From: Syncephalis fuscata S228
Lineage: Eukaryota > Fungi > Zoopagomycota
Direction of reading: 5' to 3'
DNA: 64,000 nucleotides
Assembly (NCBI GenBank): GCA_025786725.1
Contig: JAHLTZ010000054.1
Coordinates: forward strand, 1-64,000
Below the pieces are notes generated by a model. That model was given only the letters and a program-made list of their open reading frames with translations. It did no database searches and was not told the origin of the DNA. Of the stretch, positions 37,641 through 51,050 are shown in pieces. Each line of letters starts with the position of its first letter. The first letter of the stretch is position 1. A program made the translations under genes and the position numbers.

Positions 37641-40431
37641 TTAGTGTGGTGATGATACCAACTGGTCAATACGATCCAATGCGTTATTCAACGCGAACAT
37701 AGCAACCAACGTTGACTATTTAACATATGAATTCACGGATTAGCCAATCAGTACTATTATGTAAAACCGCCTGCCCACCTTGACTCATTACTCGCCTCAC
37801 TATTTTATTCCCTCACTCATTCAATTACTCTACTTACCGTGTCACCTGTCTGCGGAGTAGTTTCACGATGTGCAGTCAAAATACTTGTTGCACATCGTCT
37901 AACTGGATCAAGTAACTGAGTCTGCACTTTTTGCATATGATCTGGTTGGCAAATGCCCAGCTATTTATATACTTAGTAATTGATAAGTAACATCTAAAGC
38001 CTTACTTTCTGTTCGGATTGGTCTCGTATAAGCAAATAAATGTAAAGATTTAGTACATGAATAATAAATTCTGTATATTCGATAAACCAATCCTCTTGCC
38101 AAGTAGCGCTGTTACATGCCAACACTGTAGCTGGCAGGGTGTCTTGATTAGGGAGAAACAGTAGAGGACCGAATATTTCCCAAAAAACATTGGAGTTAAA
38201 TATACTTTCTTGCTACAAATAAATTATTGTTACCAATAGTACTATTGACATAGTTATTGTTGATAAAAATACGTACGGTATTGTTCAAGGATTGACTTCT
38301 ATGAACGGCTTCACGAATTAGACCTACAGTTGCAGCACGCATCATAGGGAATGGGCAGTGACGTAGTATAGCCCCAAGTAGTATAGCCTCTCCTATATCA
38401 TCGGCAGTGGCTACCGTCATGGCAAGTGTACGAAAAGCGACAAAGCGAATCTTGGCATTAGGCGAGGTTGAAGCGACCGTTGTAAGGCTCTAGATCAACT
38501 AGAGTGTAAATATAATGATAATGTTCTGTTTAATATTAATAAATGCCTGCTTACTTGAATTAATTGAGCCACAGTGGTTGGCTGAACACATAAACGATGT
38601 GTACAAGCATCGTGTTCAAATGTATTAGGATGAAGAAGCTGTAGTGCAGGTAGTAAAGCGGCCAATGCAATATCCGAGGTTGCTTCTTCTAAATGCCCAC
38701 CTTTACCGGCCATTCTATAAAAAACAATAATTGAATTGTCAACAGGCAGTATCGTAGCCTATATCGATTAAACCTACAATTCTATGCCTTGGTAAGCAAA
38801 ATACATCGCATGAACAAATAGCCAACGTGGTGTAATAATCCAAGGAATCCAGTTTGTATTCGACTTCAATGTCGAATTATCATTGAAAATATCTCGTTGT
38901 GCTATATTCGCATAGGCAAATAGAGCAAGCATGCCACGTACAGGGAATCGCTTTATTCTATCTAACTCTGTTTGTTCACTAATGGTATAGTTCTGTTCAT
39001 CTATCAACTTTAATTACAATATAAACTACTAGTACATATTTATTAACAAATCTACCAACTTACTTGTTGGTGGTCATTGACAGTATCATCTTTGTACATA
39101 CGATATTCTAATAGTTGACAAACATCTAATCCACATGTAATACTTGTGTTCTACAGTAGTTAATTAGCCAATAAAATATTACTATACTATTGTTATTGTT
39201 ATTATTACCAGAATAGATTGCATTATTTTACGCCATTCAGTTATCATATGTGATAGGTGAGTATCCATGGTATCAGCGCCATTAACTCTTGATGTCATGG
39301 CGTATTTTGGATATTGTTTATAATAGAATGCAGTAGATAATCCCAAATTACGCTGTGTTGTATACTTGTCTGCAACAATTAATAAAAGTCGCACAGTTAA
39401 CAAACGTAAATAATTAGTATCATTTTGTAAGTGGTAAACATTGTCTGATGTAGACTAATTACACATTGTACCATTATTAAATAAAATCTCATGTTAATTA
39501 AACTATATCTTACTTGCTGAGTAGACCATTGGTGTAAACGAGTTGCATATTTTAGTATAGCTTTTACTATAGCCTGACTACAAGTAAATGGCCATGAATC
39601 GTCAGTATCATTAAGTGGAACTTTGTCCTCAAAACAAGTCAGTGCCACCACTGAAATAAGGACACGCTCAAATGTATCGCATAAATCAATGACAAATTGC
39701 CACAATCGTGCAGTCTTAATCTTCGGTAATACTAATCAACTATTGTTAATGTCATTATTAACATTAATCGTATACTTTAACTTACCCATAATAAATAAAT
39801 CAACAAGTAAATTGATTTCCATACTTGCTAATTCAAACTTTAAACGATATTCTGTCATTTTTTCTTTTTTCTTTTCTTTAGTATGACAACTATCTTCTTC
39901 GTTTTCCTCTTCTTCAGATGCAATTGTATCTGCAGTTGTAGTTAGTTGAGTAGCATCACGCGCAATCCATCCTAATCGTTCTAATAACAACATATACATC
40001 TCACGCGCATTACCGCACTCGGCTATTGCTAACAATAATGCTGTGGCTATCCGAGATGTTTCAGTATTGTACTCCATTGTTCGAGTAGCTATTGGAAATA
40101 ATGGATGTAGTAAATCCCATCCAATACGTGCTAAGCGTAATGAACCTGTTGTAGTGTTATCTTTGTTGCCACCAACTGTAGACGAGTCGAGCAACTCGTT
40201 GTGTAGCAATTCAAGTACTTTTGTTAGTTGCTCATTCTTTGTATGTTCAAGTGCTTGCTGTATTGCTGACGTCAGTTCAAGTAGTAACCCGTCGTCTCCA
40301 GGTTGCTATTATTACGTAGACGTTAGTATTTTAACACTAAGAACCACTACCACTACAAGTCATTATACCTCTCGACTAGATTCTAGCGTCTTCTTTAATG
40401 TTTCCATAATGATACTAGATTCTGTAGACAT
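37641..40431 (-). CDS. YAP-binding (Ybp1/Ybp2) / ALF4 / glomulin family protein
   Basis: IGWDLL, AIAECGNAREMYMLLLERL, STSPNAKIRFVAF, HCPFPMMRAATVGLIRE, VLNLYIYLLIRD. Confidence 0.8.
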
Positions 40432-40785
40432 GATTGAATATTTATAATAAAACAAATAAAACAACAATAGCAATAACAATGGTAACAACAATAATAGTAA
40501 CAATAACCACAATACTGATAAGGACACTATTGTTTATCGTCAACTTTTAATAATGTCAAACTTTAAATAAAACGACAATATGTTCGGATACCGCGTGCTT
40601 TACCGTATTTACTATATTGATACTCTATAATACCAGTTTCGTCCTTGCCCTTGTCCGCGTGTTGCTTTTTATTCACGCGCCATCTTTAGTACTGAATAAA
40701 TTGAATAATCGTGGCCCTGTCAAGTCGGTTATTTCCCTTTTCAGTCCACGCTCCGACTTGGTCTCTATTGCAACCTTCTTCTCTT

Positions 40786-40823
40786 CACTCACTCACTCAC
40801 TCACTCACTCACTCACTCACTCA
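40786..40823. repeat. (TCAC)n microsatellite upstream of the MAPKK
   Basis: Tandem tcac run. Confidence 0.95.
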
Positions 40824-41010
40824 TTAAACACACTATCTTTCGTTTAAACCATTGTACTGTAAGCTATAACTTGCAGGTGATCACTACGAATCCCTAGTAC
40901 ACTATTACTTGCATTAGTCTGATTGTTGCTACACTGTCACCACCACCAGCACTACTACTGAATAGCCACGGCCATAGCAGTTTAAATTTGACACTTTTAC
41001 CATTAACACA

Positions 41011-42441
41011 ATGTCATCTGTCTCCGATCGTATTATGGCTGCCGCGCCGATGCGCCGTAAGCGTAACGTAAAAAATCTCGGTCTACCAGCACCCAAGGAC
41101 GATGCGCCTGCATCTGGCAAGCCAGCACCGATTGGCGACAAAAAAGATGTAAAACAATTGTCTGCAAAAGGTCGCCGTCCTGCCGAAGATGATCCCTACG
41201 CCGGAGGCCAACTAGAGATTGGCGTCGAGTTCAAGCTTGACATTCGTCCAGAGGATCTTAAAATGCTGGAGGAGTTGGGTGCTGGTGCTGGTGGCACAGT
41301 AAGTCGTGTACTTCACGTGCCCACCCGTGTTATTATGGCCAAAAAGGTGAGTAATATTAAGCGTGGAGCAATAGCTGATGCTAGAATCTACTTGACGGTT
41401 TTAATAAGTGCAGTATATTAATTAATGTTATTGTTGTTATTGTTATTGTTACATGGGCATTATTTGTAGAACATTCACGTTGAAATGCAGCCACAAGTCA
41501 AGAAACAAGTTTTACGCGAATTAGAAATTCTTCACCACTGTGACTCGCCGTATATTGTGACCTTTTATGGCGCTTTTCTTTCAGAACCGGATGTGTGCAT
41601 GTGCATGGAACACATGGATATTGGGTATGTATTTATCAATCAATCGAATCTGTTAATTAATAATTAATCGGTTACTATTAGTTCGTTGGATGGTATCTAT
41701 CGTAAACATGGAGCTATTTCACCACCTATTCTTGGTAAAATCACTGCAGCAGTAAGTATTAATGACAATAACACGATATGTAGTATTTACCATGTTAATA
41801 TTGTGTATTAATAGGTACTTAGTGGTCTAGTCTATCTCTATGAACAACATCGTATTATTCACCGAGGTAATTAATAAGCTTGAATGGTGAATTCTATGAC
41901 TTACCCACTACAGATGTTAAACCGTCAAATATTCTGGTTAACTCGGCCGGTCAAATTAAAATCTGTGATTTTGGCGTGAGTGGCGTGTTGATTAACAGTA
42001 TTGCCAATACATTTGTGGGCACAAGCAATTATATGTCGGTAAGTAATTTATTATTTAATCAAGTAATTAATCAATTGTAATGTTATATTAATATTAACGT
42101 ATTGTCAATCATTATAGCCTGAACGTATTAAGGGTCAGGAATACTCGGTCAAGTCAGATGTATGGAGTTTAGGAATTACACTACAAGAATTGGCCCTAGG
42201 TGCTTTCCCCTTCCCTTCAGGATTGGCCATTTTTGAATTGCTACAGTATATAGTTAATGAACCAGTGCCGACACTTCCGGCCGACAAGTTCCCCGAGGAT
42301 CTTAATGACTTCGTTAACCATTGCCTAGTCAAAGATCCACAGAAACGTATGACGCCTAAACAGTTGATGCTCCATCCATTTGTTCAAATGTCTATGATGG
42401 AAGAATTAGATTTGGAAGAATGGGCGACAAGTGTTGCTTAA
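41011..42441 (+). CDS. STE7: MAP kinase kinase, Ste7/Byr1/Fuz7 type
   Basis: N-terminal docking motif [67 protein letters not shown]. Confidence 0.95.
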
Positions 42442-42592
42442 TGTGCATACATTGCTATCTCTATTAGTTTACATTCTTTTCTACCATGCATGCCAACTAG
42501 TACTTCTACAATTACTACAAAACAGTGATAATTACCCACATTCACTGCTTAAATACACATTCTTTTATTTGACTTTTTTGTAACACAAATAT

Positions 42593-43705
42593 TTAAATGC
42601 ACTCTTGTTTTTCCTCTGTTACTACTAAATCGTATAGATTGCGGAAATATTGAGTCTTTTCTTCTCGTGAATAATTAGCAGCTAAACCACTTGATGAAGG
42701 CATACAATAAGTAAAGGCATATTGACGGCGTTCTATTTTGGCAATTAGATCAGGTGACAGTGCTTGTTTATCCACATAATTGCCAAGATCAGTAAATATC
42801 GCTTCATCAGGCCGTAGAGCAGTAGTGGTAGGGACGGCGGATATAGCTATACTACCATTGCTACTACTACTACTACTACTGCTGCTGCTGCTATTATCTT
42901 CTTTATCTTCATTAGTAAATTCAATCTTTTCTGGTTGAAGTCCTAGTGTATCACACGCACGGCCGGCCCAGTGTTCAAAAATACCTTTGCCGATAAAGCA
43001 AACAAAATGGGGCCGCCATTGCCGTATTTTGGCATCTAAAACGGGTCGACCTGCACGGAATTCAGCTGGTCGAATCTCTGAACTACTTCGACTTGGACGA
43101 GCCACCAAATTGGTTAATCCTAAGCGAAAATCACGCGGTAATCGCTGGTCATCCACGCACGTTACCGTCTCCGAAACAAACCTAGCATAAAAATGAATAA
43201 ACATTCGTATATTAGTTATTTGTACTATTAATAGCAGTAATAGTAACTTGCCCGAAGCACTTAGACAAGGCCAAAATGCATTTGTTTTATTGGCATAATG
43301 ATGTTGGTTGGCCGATGAAGCAACACCTGGATTAATACCAACAAAAAGTACTCGCATACCATAAGCAAGATGATCCGATACAGTTGATAGGTGAGCATAA
43401 GCAGATGGAGCACTATAGCCCGTTGATTTGCCCTTGGACCGGCGTGGCGATGCAACCGTTGTCGTGACGACCTTTTTCCTTGATGTTGTCGTCGTTTTTT
43501 TACTCGTTACTGCTGTATCATTGCCACTAGTTGGTTCACGATAACGCTTACGTAACTGCCGACCTGCCACTGCTGTTGTTGTATCCGAACCAGTATAGGC
43601 ATATCCAGCAATCAATGTGGCAAATCGTTCACTAGATACTGTTGCATCTTTTACAGTGGACTCCACCGTCTCATTGGGCTTATTAGTGCTATTTTCAGTA
43701 TTCAT
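42593..43705 (-). CDS. Mismatch-specific thymine/uracil DNA glycosylase (TDG/Mug family)
   Basis: VLFVGINPG, HHYANKTNAFW, GLTNLVARP, MPSSSG; one intron read through in the ORF. Confidence 0.93.
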   Translation of the reverse strand: MNTENSTNKPNETVESTVKDATVSSERFATLIAGYAYTGSDTTTAVAGRQLRKRYREPTSGNDTAVTSKKTTTTSRKKVVTTTVASPRRSKGKSTGYSAPSAYAHLSTVSDHLAYGMRVLFVGINPGVASSANQHHYANKTNAFWPCLSASGKLLLLLLIVQITNIRMFIHFYARFVSETVTCVDDQRLPRDFRLGLTNLVARPSRSSSEIRPAEFRAGRPVLDAKIRQWRPHFVCFIGKGIFEHWAGRACDTLGLQPEKIEFTNEDKEDNSSSSSSSSSSSNGSIAISAVPTTTALRPDEAIFTDLGNYVDKQALSPDLIAKIERRQYAFTYCMPSSSGLAANYSREEKTQYFRNLYDLVVTEEKQECI

Positions 43706-43819
43706 TTAAAGTAAAACAAAAATCAAATGAGAATACGAGATGATAATAATAGTAACACTGTAATTATTGACGTCTTTTTCATTTTTATCTTTTTATTATT
43801 GCAATTCCATTGTTACACT

Positions 43820-44933
43820 ATGGATTTGGACAATGCCGATACTGCAGCTATAGTATTGAGTCAAGATCGGTCATTCAGTGGCAATAATGATAGTAGTAAT
43901 GGTCATAATGACGATGACGAAGTATTATGTGAATTCGACGTTCATTTAGCGACGAGTCTTGCTGGTCGATTGCATCTCTTGCAGCATCCAGTACGTACGC
44001 GACGCTATGGTCGAGGCTTAGAACCGATAGAGGCGCAATTCAAGCCAGAAAATTGTCGTTTACAATTTGCTTTGCCAATTAATATGGCACAACCTGCTTA
44101 TGACGAGGACCGGGGACGTGAACTTGCTAAAGCCGAAGAAGAGCACCGTAAACGCGAACAGGCAGCAAACGCGCCAGCACCACTGCTTAAAACAAATGTT
44201 ATAAAGGAGCGTGATTCTAAAGATACTCTACTCGATCGTGTTATTGTTGGATCAACACCTATGCCACTACTTACCAATTATATGGCGGGCGTATTACGTA
44301 GTGGTAAGTACCAGAATATATAAATACATAAATACATAGATAATACTATTAATATTACTAATGGACAATTAACTAACTAACTAATTATTTGTTTATCTAT
44401 TTAATATATTATAGATGGATTACATTTGACACCCGTAACAGCAGCACATCAATTACGGCCAACACTACAACATCTAGATATGTTGGATGAGCAAGTAAAA
44501 CGACCAGGTAAAATGGCCGATGATGGCATGGATGATAACGACGACGACGACGACGGCAATGATAACAAAGAGGCAACAAAGGCACGTTTGGCAGCATCAA
44601 AAGCCGTTCAAATTAAAGTGAAATCAAATCAAGATATGGAACAGGCTAAACAGGAACGCAATGCATCGCAAGCCTATTGGCAACAAAAGATTGATGAAGA
44701 GCCTTGGATTCATTATAAATATGCAAATGTTGAGGTAAATGAGCCACTAATCAATATTGTTTTTTGTTATTAATTAATACAACGTGACTATTGAATAGAC
44801 GGACATAGCATATGATACATTTGGCGAGTTATTTTCATCAGGTTCAACAGAAACACCATTGACTTGCACTACAGTGCCATCCGAGTATTTGGATCAATTG
44901 CTTGCTGAACCATGGCCGATGAAGATCCCGTGA
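43820..44933 (+). CDS. RPC37: RNA polymerase III subunit RPC5 (Rpc37/Sin-like)
   Basis: DDEVLCEFDVHL, LHLLQHPVR, FKPEN, NYMAGVL, LHLTPV...QLRP..HLD; the stop could be 44959 if a C is missing near 44910. Confidence 0.88.
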
Positions 44934-45036
44934 CTACACGGCTTCCTATTCGACCATAGGATGCTTTTTAATTTTATTGTTATTAAACTTGAACAATTTC
45001 TCTATGCCTATTAATAATAAAAATGTATCCAAATAA

Positions 45037-47168
45037 CTAGGGCAGCTCTAAAACTGCCTCATTCTCAATGGGCATAATGATTAATGGTGCTGCGGGTCGT
45101 TGTAGTGCGGGTAGGAAACGGAATGCCCTTTCGGTTAATCGTAGCCAGAAACGCAATAGACGACACGTAGTTTCGGCTACGAAAAAGTGCCACCAGCAAC
45201 GCAGTTGCCCCCAAGTTCGTTTTATAGCATTATCGTTACGTAGAGTCGATACAACTTGTGCGTTATGTTGATCATCTTGTAAAATAGCTCGATTGCAGGC
45301 CGACATCATAATAGCCATTCCATAGGCTGGATGACGTGTTGTATTAAGCGATGCATCAACACTTCTTAGTAAATCGTGTGTTTTGATTAATAAAAGTACT
45401 TCGCGCGGTACATGACGTAGAATGTGTGCTATATCGGCAAGGAACTTTGGCAGTGTGTCACGGACATGGCGTCGTTCTTCCTCGGAACGTGATTGTGTTA
45501 AATCAGACTCCACAGCCGACCAAGAACGACCAGTCAGTATACAGGCAAATAGACGATGTGTGTTAAATCCACCAATACGTAGAGCATAGGTACGCATATC
45601 TTTTTCGTTCCTTTCAAGAATAGAGCGCCATAAATGAGCATAGTCAGTTTGTAATTGTCGTGGTAGCGATTTATACAATCCGTGATCCAATAGCACAAGA
45701 TCATAATTACGATCAAATAAATTCTTTTTTTTACGAGGTCTAATTAGAATATTACCTGGATCTAATCGATATTATAAGTTATACTAGTTAATTAATACAA
45801 TATATTACTTACGTGGATCGCAATGAACCCATCTGTAGAATAATTGTATTATTATTATTATTATTAAATTATATATATATATATATCATTAAATAGCATA
45901 ACTTACCCATATTTAAATATCATATCAGAAAATATACGCGATAGCTCGCTAGATACATCATTAACATCAACACAATGTTGGCGTAAAAACTCTCGATCAT
46001 CAATATAGGAACCTTCGATAACTATTACAAATAATTATGAGTAATTATAAGCAACTACATTAGATTAATGACCTACATTCCATACATAATACGCGTGCAG
46101 TTGCCCAGTTTACTGCAGGGACAACAAGTGCACCACGGTCATGAATAAAATAGTTATCTAGACGCTGAGCATTACGCTGCTCTACGCGAAAATCCAATTC
46201 AAGTGGCAAGTTTTCTTTCATTTCTTCGGCCAGCCAACCAAATTCAAATTCTGGAAACAGCCGCTCAACTGTACGAACAAGCATACTAGTCGTTGCAATA
46301 TCTATCATTGCATGATCCTGAAGTGGCGGATGCTGCACTTTAACGGCAACTACATCGCCATTTAACAAAGTTGCCCGATGTACTTGAGCCAGTGATGCAA
46401 CGCCTAATGGTTCTGAATTAAAGTCTAGAAATAGCTCATCCATCGGTTGAGCCATTTCCTCTTCAATTAGTTGTTTAACCTGATCGGTAGGAGTAGGCGG
46501 ACAATGAGCATGAAGTGGCCGCATTGTCTCTGTCCATTCTATTGGCAGTATATAAGTCATGGCGGCCAAATGCTGTCCCTGTACATATATATTGATACAC
46601 ATGTGTTATTAAGTGACAAATAAAGACGCCTATTGTAGTTTAACATCTAGGCATTAATACGTCAATTAGTTCCTACCAGTTTAATGTAAACACCGCCATT
46701 TGTGCGACAAAGCTCCAATAATCGTTCGGCAGATCGTTGATGCCAATCCGACCAAATGGCCTCACACGCCGGGTTTGCTTCGTCGAGGTGAGCACATGTC
46801 CGTTGGTAGTCTATGCCTATGCGCATAGCAACATAGGCTGCACGACTCGAGCGTACAACACCGCTCCATGCATGGCTGATATCCCTGCGAAAGCGATAAT
46901 AGCCACTGCCAAACAGCAGTGTGCTACCGGCCAATATACCAATAGCCATTCGGCTCCGAAGTGCCGGTAGTGGTTTGCCATAACTACGCAGACCCCAGGG
47001 AGGCCAAGTACGTGTACGTCCTGGAATAATATTACTTGCACGCGTTGTCGTTGTATTTAATAGGCGCGAGCAATTAATCATTGACATTGCTGTCGTTGCA
47101 GCGGTTACACTATGTACTAGGGGCCATTTTAAGCGATAGTGTTTATATTGTGCGTAATGGAGAAGCAT
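45037..47168 (-). CDS. ABC1/UbiB atypical kinase, ADCK1/Mcp2-like
   Basis: NGGVYIKLGQH, PLGVASLAQVHRA, VAVKVQHP, LPLELDF, VHCDPHPGN, LLDHGLY. Confidence 0.95.
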
Positions 47169-47459
47169 TGTTACGCTGTAGCATACGCGTATACATATAC
47201 AGATTTCGTTAGCGACTACGAGTATCGGTATGTATATAATTTATATGAAAATAGGAATAATAAAGCGTAGTAGTAAAAGTAAGAAAGACCCTTTTATTTC
47301 TAATAGTCTGTGGGCCAATACTTTATTCGTCGGATGTGCTTAATAATATCTCTCAACATTATCTTGGCACCGGCGTTTATGATGCCGAATTTGGCCTCTA
47401 CGTATTTACATGGACAATTTAGAAGCAGTATCAATGATTTATTTACACCTGCTGTTATT

Positions 47460-47945
47460 AAATTAATATTAAACATTTTACTAACAATTCGATGTGATTT
47501 AAGTGTCAAATGACTAAATTTAATAACATCCAATTTATTGAACATGATGATAAATGGTAAATAACATCAAAGTTTAAAATACACATCATTGTAGATCTAT
47601 TATCCAATATATATATATGTATTATTTTATGATATACTAAACACATTTTATTTTGATATGCTGCAAGTATGTATAGTTTGATTAATAAAACAAGCAAATT
47701 TATAAATAATATAGAATAAAATAGATATGCAATGTCAAAGCCATAGTCCAATATGACGCAATGAGTGGAAAAAGTAAGATGCGTTGATTTATATAAAAAA
47801 GTGATGTATCTAGTATGTCATAAAATGGTATTTACTAGTATGGATAGTATGGAAATGATATAAGCGATTAAGGATATATACATATTGGATAATAAATCAA
47901 GGTGTAATAATGTTAAATGACATAGTAACCGTTTTTATAATAGTA
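47460..47945 (+). mobile_element. Degenerate foldback/MITE-like element, copy D
   Basis: gtcaaatgactaaatttaataacatccaatttattgaacatgatgat arm; partial inverted arm catattggataataaatc at ~47881; interior matches the reverse complement of 14540-14690. Confidence 0.7.
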
Positions 47946-48229
47946 AAGTTAATTAATTAAGACAATAGATAGGCTGTAGCTAAACAGTATAATCCTATCG
48001 GTTACAGGTACTTTTATTTAATAGCATCTAAAGGCTTTACAATAATCTAGTTAATAAAGGATTATTATATCTTTCATCTATTTATTTGCCCATTGGCGTT
48101 AGTAATAAGTGCCTACTAAATGTAACAAAATCTTCTCCATAAATCTATTATTACCTTTTGGTATTATGTTTTGTTTGTTTTTGTCTTTTTTATTATTATA
48201 TCCACTAGCTCCAGTATAGATAGCTGAAG

Positions 48230-48700
48230 TTAATTGAATGTAAAAGAAACACATATTTTACATACTAATAAACGGCAGCTCATTTTCAATTCTTTTTGAT
48301 CATACAATTCACTGTATTGTGTGGCGAATAGCAACCGTAGCTGTATCCAGTATCTCTCGGTTAGACTAGGCGTGGTTATAATTGTCACATAAACGTTGGC
48401 TTTTTGAAGTATCTCACTTTTAGCCATTCATTTGCAACTTTATACTCTTTAGTGGTGTAGTCTTGACTGACGTCTATCCGTCTTCTTTCGTTTAACTTGT
48501 TTGCAATTGCCATCACCACGAAAATCATGCTGTTGTTTCGCGTCACAGGCACTGCCACACACTTCGTTTTCTCTCGCTGTTGTTTTAGAGCTTCGGCTTT
48601 TTTCTCAGCCAGCTCTCTCACTGTCGCTTTAGCATGCGTCGACGCTAAAAGTCATCTGTCTTTTCCATGCTGTCTTTTCAGCTGTTTTAAACTGTTTAAT
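48230..48700 (-). pseudogene. Fragmented orphan coding-like segment (frameshifted ORF pieces)
   Basis: Overlapping ORFs 48385-48621 and 48230-48427 in different frames with protein-like helical sequence; no recognisable family. Confidence 0.35.
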
Positions 48701-49179
48701 ATTTTTTTGAAAAAATAAAAAATAAATTAACTTCTGCATAAAGTGACCAAAGTAAAAATACATAAATAGTGTGATGGCGATAATGATTTTATTCAATGCT
48801 AATATGTGCATATTTAAATAAAGCCAATGTGGGCAAGTTGAAGTGTATATGTAATACTATCATATATACATGGAAATATATAACGTGATAATATTAATGT
48901 ACATAACGTAATATGTTTATCATTCAACATATATATATATTACAACTATATGAGAAAGATACAAGAAGCATCATACGGAATATTATATATTTATCGCTGA
49001 TTATCCATACTGCTACGCATGTACTAGTTTATGCATATAAAAATAGTAAAATTTGTAGTGTCCAAGACTAGACTATCGCTATTTAAGAGTTTTATCCAAA
49101 GTAGCCAAAGTACGGCCTAACATGCTTGTATTTGCTATAAAATAGCTTTATTGGCAGCATATTGTTGTAGCTTTGAATA

Positions 49180-49585
49180 CTAATCCTTTTTGTTAAGTTT
49201 GGTCTTTAGTGATGCATTGCGTATTTCTTCGTCTTCTTCAGGATCGTGTACAGCAATCGTTGAGCGCCAACGTCCCGTCGCCTTGCTTGCCCAGTTGCCT
49301 GCAAGCTCTCGGAATGAGCAACCCGACGCACGCTGCTGATCTCGTTCATAGAGCACATATGCAATTGCACCTACTGAGACCGAAAAGACCACATCACCTA
49401 CACTAGCAGTTATGTCGTTATTGCTGCTGTTCGGCTATAGCACACACACACACACACGCGCACGTTGCACAACCCTATCAGCACTCGACGATGATACGAC
49501 AAATGCATGCTGCGTGTTCATGCAAGCTCAGTACTTACGGTGATATAAAATGTGTAAACACGCGATTGCGTATTGGTTGTGCCAT
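49180..49585 (-). CDS. NCE101: Non-classical export protein 1 (small membrane protein)
   Basis: Two exons give MAQPIRNRVFTHFISPVGDVVFSVSVGAIAYVLYERDQQRASGCSFREL, matching the NCE101 pattern (D.....VG...Y..YER...R..G..L.EL). Confidence 0.75.
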
Positions 49586-51050
49586 GACAATAATAACAAC
49601 GACAAAATGCTAGTAACAATAAAGTATCAAATTAATTATAGAAAAGCGAAAAAAATAAATAAAACTTGTTATTGTACCATTTGCACACTGGGCTTGGCTC
49701 GCCTTAACATGAAATCGCATATTAGTCAGTGCTACCTATCACATGTAACTGTTGTTCAATGGCGGTAGATCAAACGGCTATGAGTGTTTGTACACACCTC
49801 ATGACCTTCCATGCGAAACGAGGCCCGTCATCTGATACTATGTGGCTGTAACAAGCATTGATTAGTGCCACTATTCTTTGCCCAACTTTTCAGAACAACT
49901 GCTCTGTGCCACAGTCTTTGGAATGTTGTTCAATGGCAGAACGAACACCCGTTCGTCATTCGTCACTTTCGGGCTGACTGCAGTAATAAATAGTGTTTAA
50001 AGTAATAGACTGTAATAATTATGAAATATATATGTTTATAGACCGTGTATTATTAAGCTATTAAAAGCTATTTAATTTGTATAGTTTTCCTTGTTTTAAT
50101 GGAAAATAGCAGTGATTACGAATGAAAAGTGGGAAAACTGAATAGTTTGTATTACTAAATATAGCTGTAGCAATTGCCGTGCACGGCGGAATTGGAAATA
50201 GCTGCTTGCAAAATTAATCATGAGCATCAATGGCTGATAAGCCTCTTTTGCAGGAATTACCGCTTGCAGTTTTTAAATCGGCACCAGTGGCCAATGGAGC
50301 AGCGTGGTTGCAACGCCATCATGTAGATGCTTTTGGTAGAAACGCAGAAAAATGGGCCCGCTTCACATGACATAAGCTCATAGTGGATGCCATATGGCAG
50401 GCAATCATGAACATGTGGTGGTTAAGCACGTCGGCAATCGCGTGGACAACAGTTGGCAGATGCAGATTCCTGTATTGCGTACTATTTTTTTGCCAACATA
50501 GCAGCCGAGGCAAGGTAGGGACTTAACACTATATGTGTCTATTAAGCACTGTAACCAATAGCAAATTACCATGGACTGAAACATGTATCTAATCAACAGC
50601 AATGCCTGTTTCTTTTATCACTGCTGTCGCCTTACTACTGGTTCTACTTCTACGGTGGCGACCGTTAGGTACTCACATGATTTGCATTATAGATCCCGAA
50701 GCGTAAATTGACTATTAAAAGAGCGGCTTTTCGCTGTCGCCTATTTTGTTCGTCATTGTATTGCCTGTGACTGTTTGTATCTATTGACACTATTAAATAC
50801 CATTCTACTCAACCTTATAGCGCCATCTTTCTTCTCTACCAGTCCTCTCTAACAAGCACACATTGTACTAACAATAGCAACCGCTATAATAACAGTAATT
50901 AGTGCCACATTGCCTATTCTTTTCATTTTTATTCATTTTTACTCCTTTTCACAATCAACTAAACCACCCATACAAATATCATAGTTACTATAACAACAAC
51001 AGCAACAGCAACAACGGTGCTATCGCTATTACTGCTATTTGATTGACACC

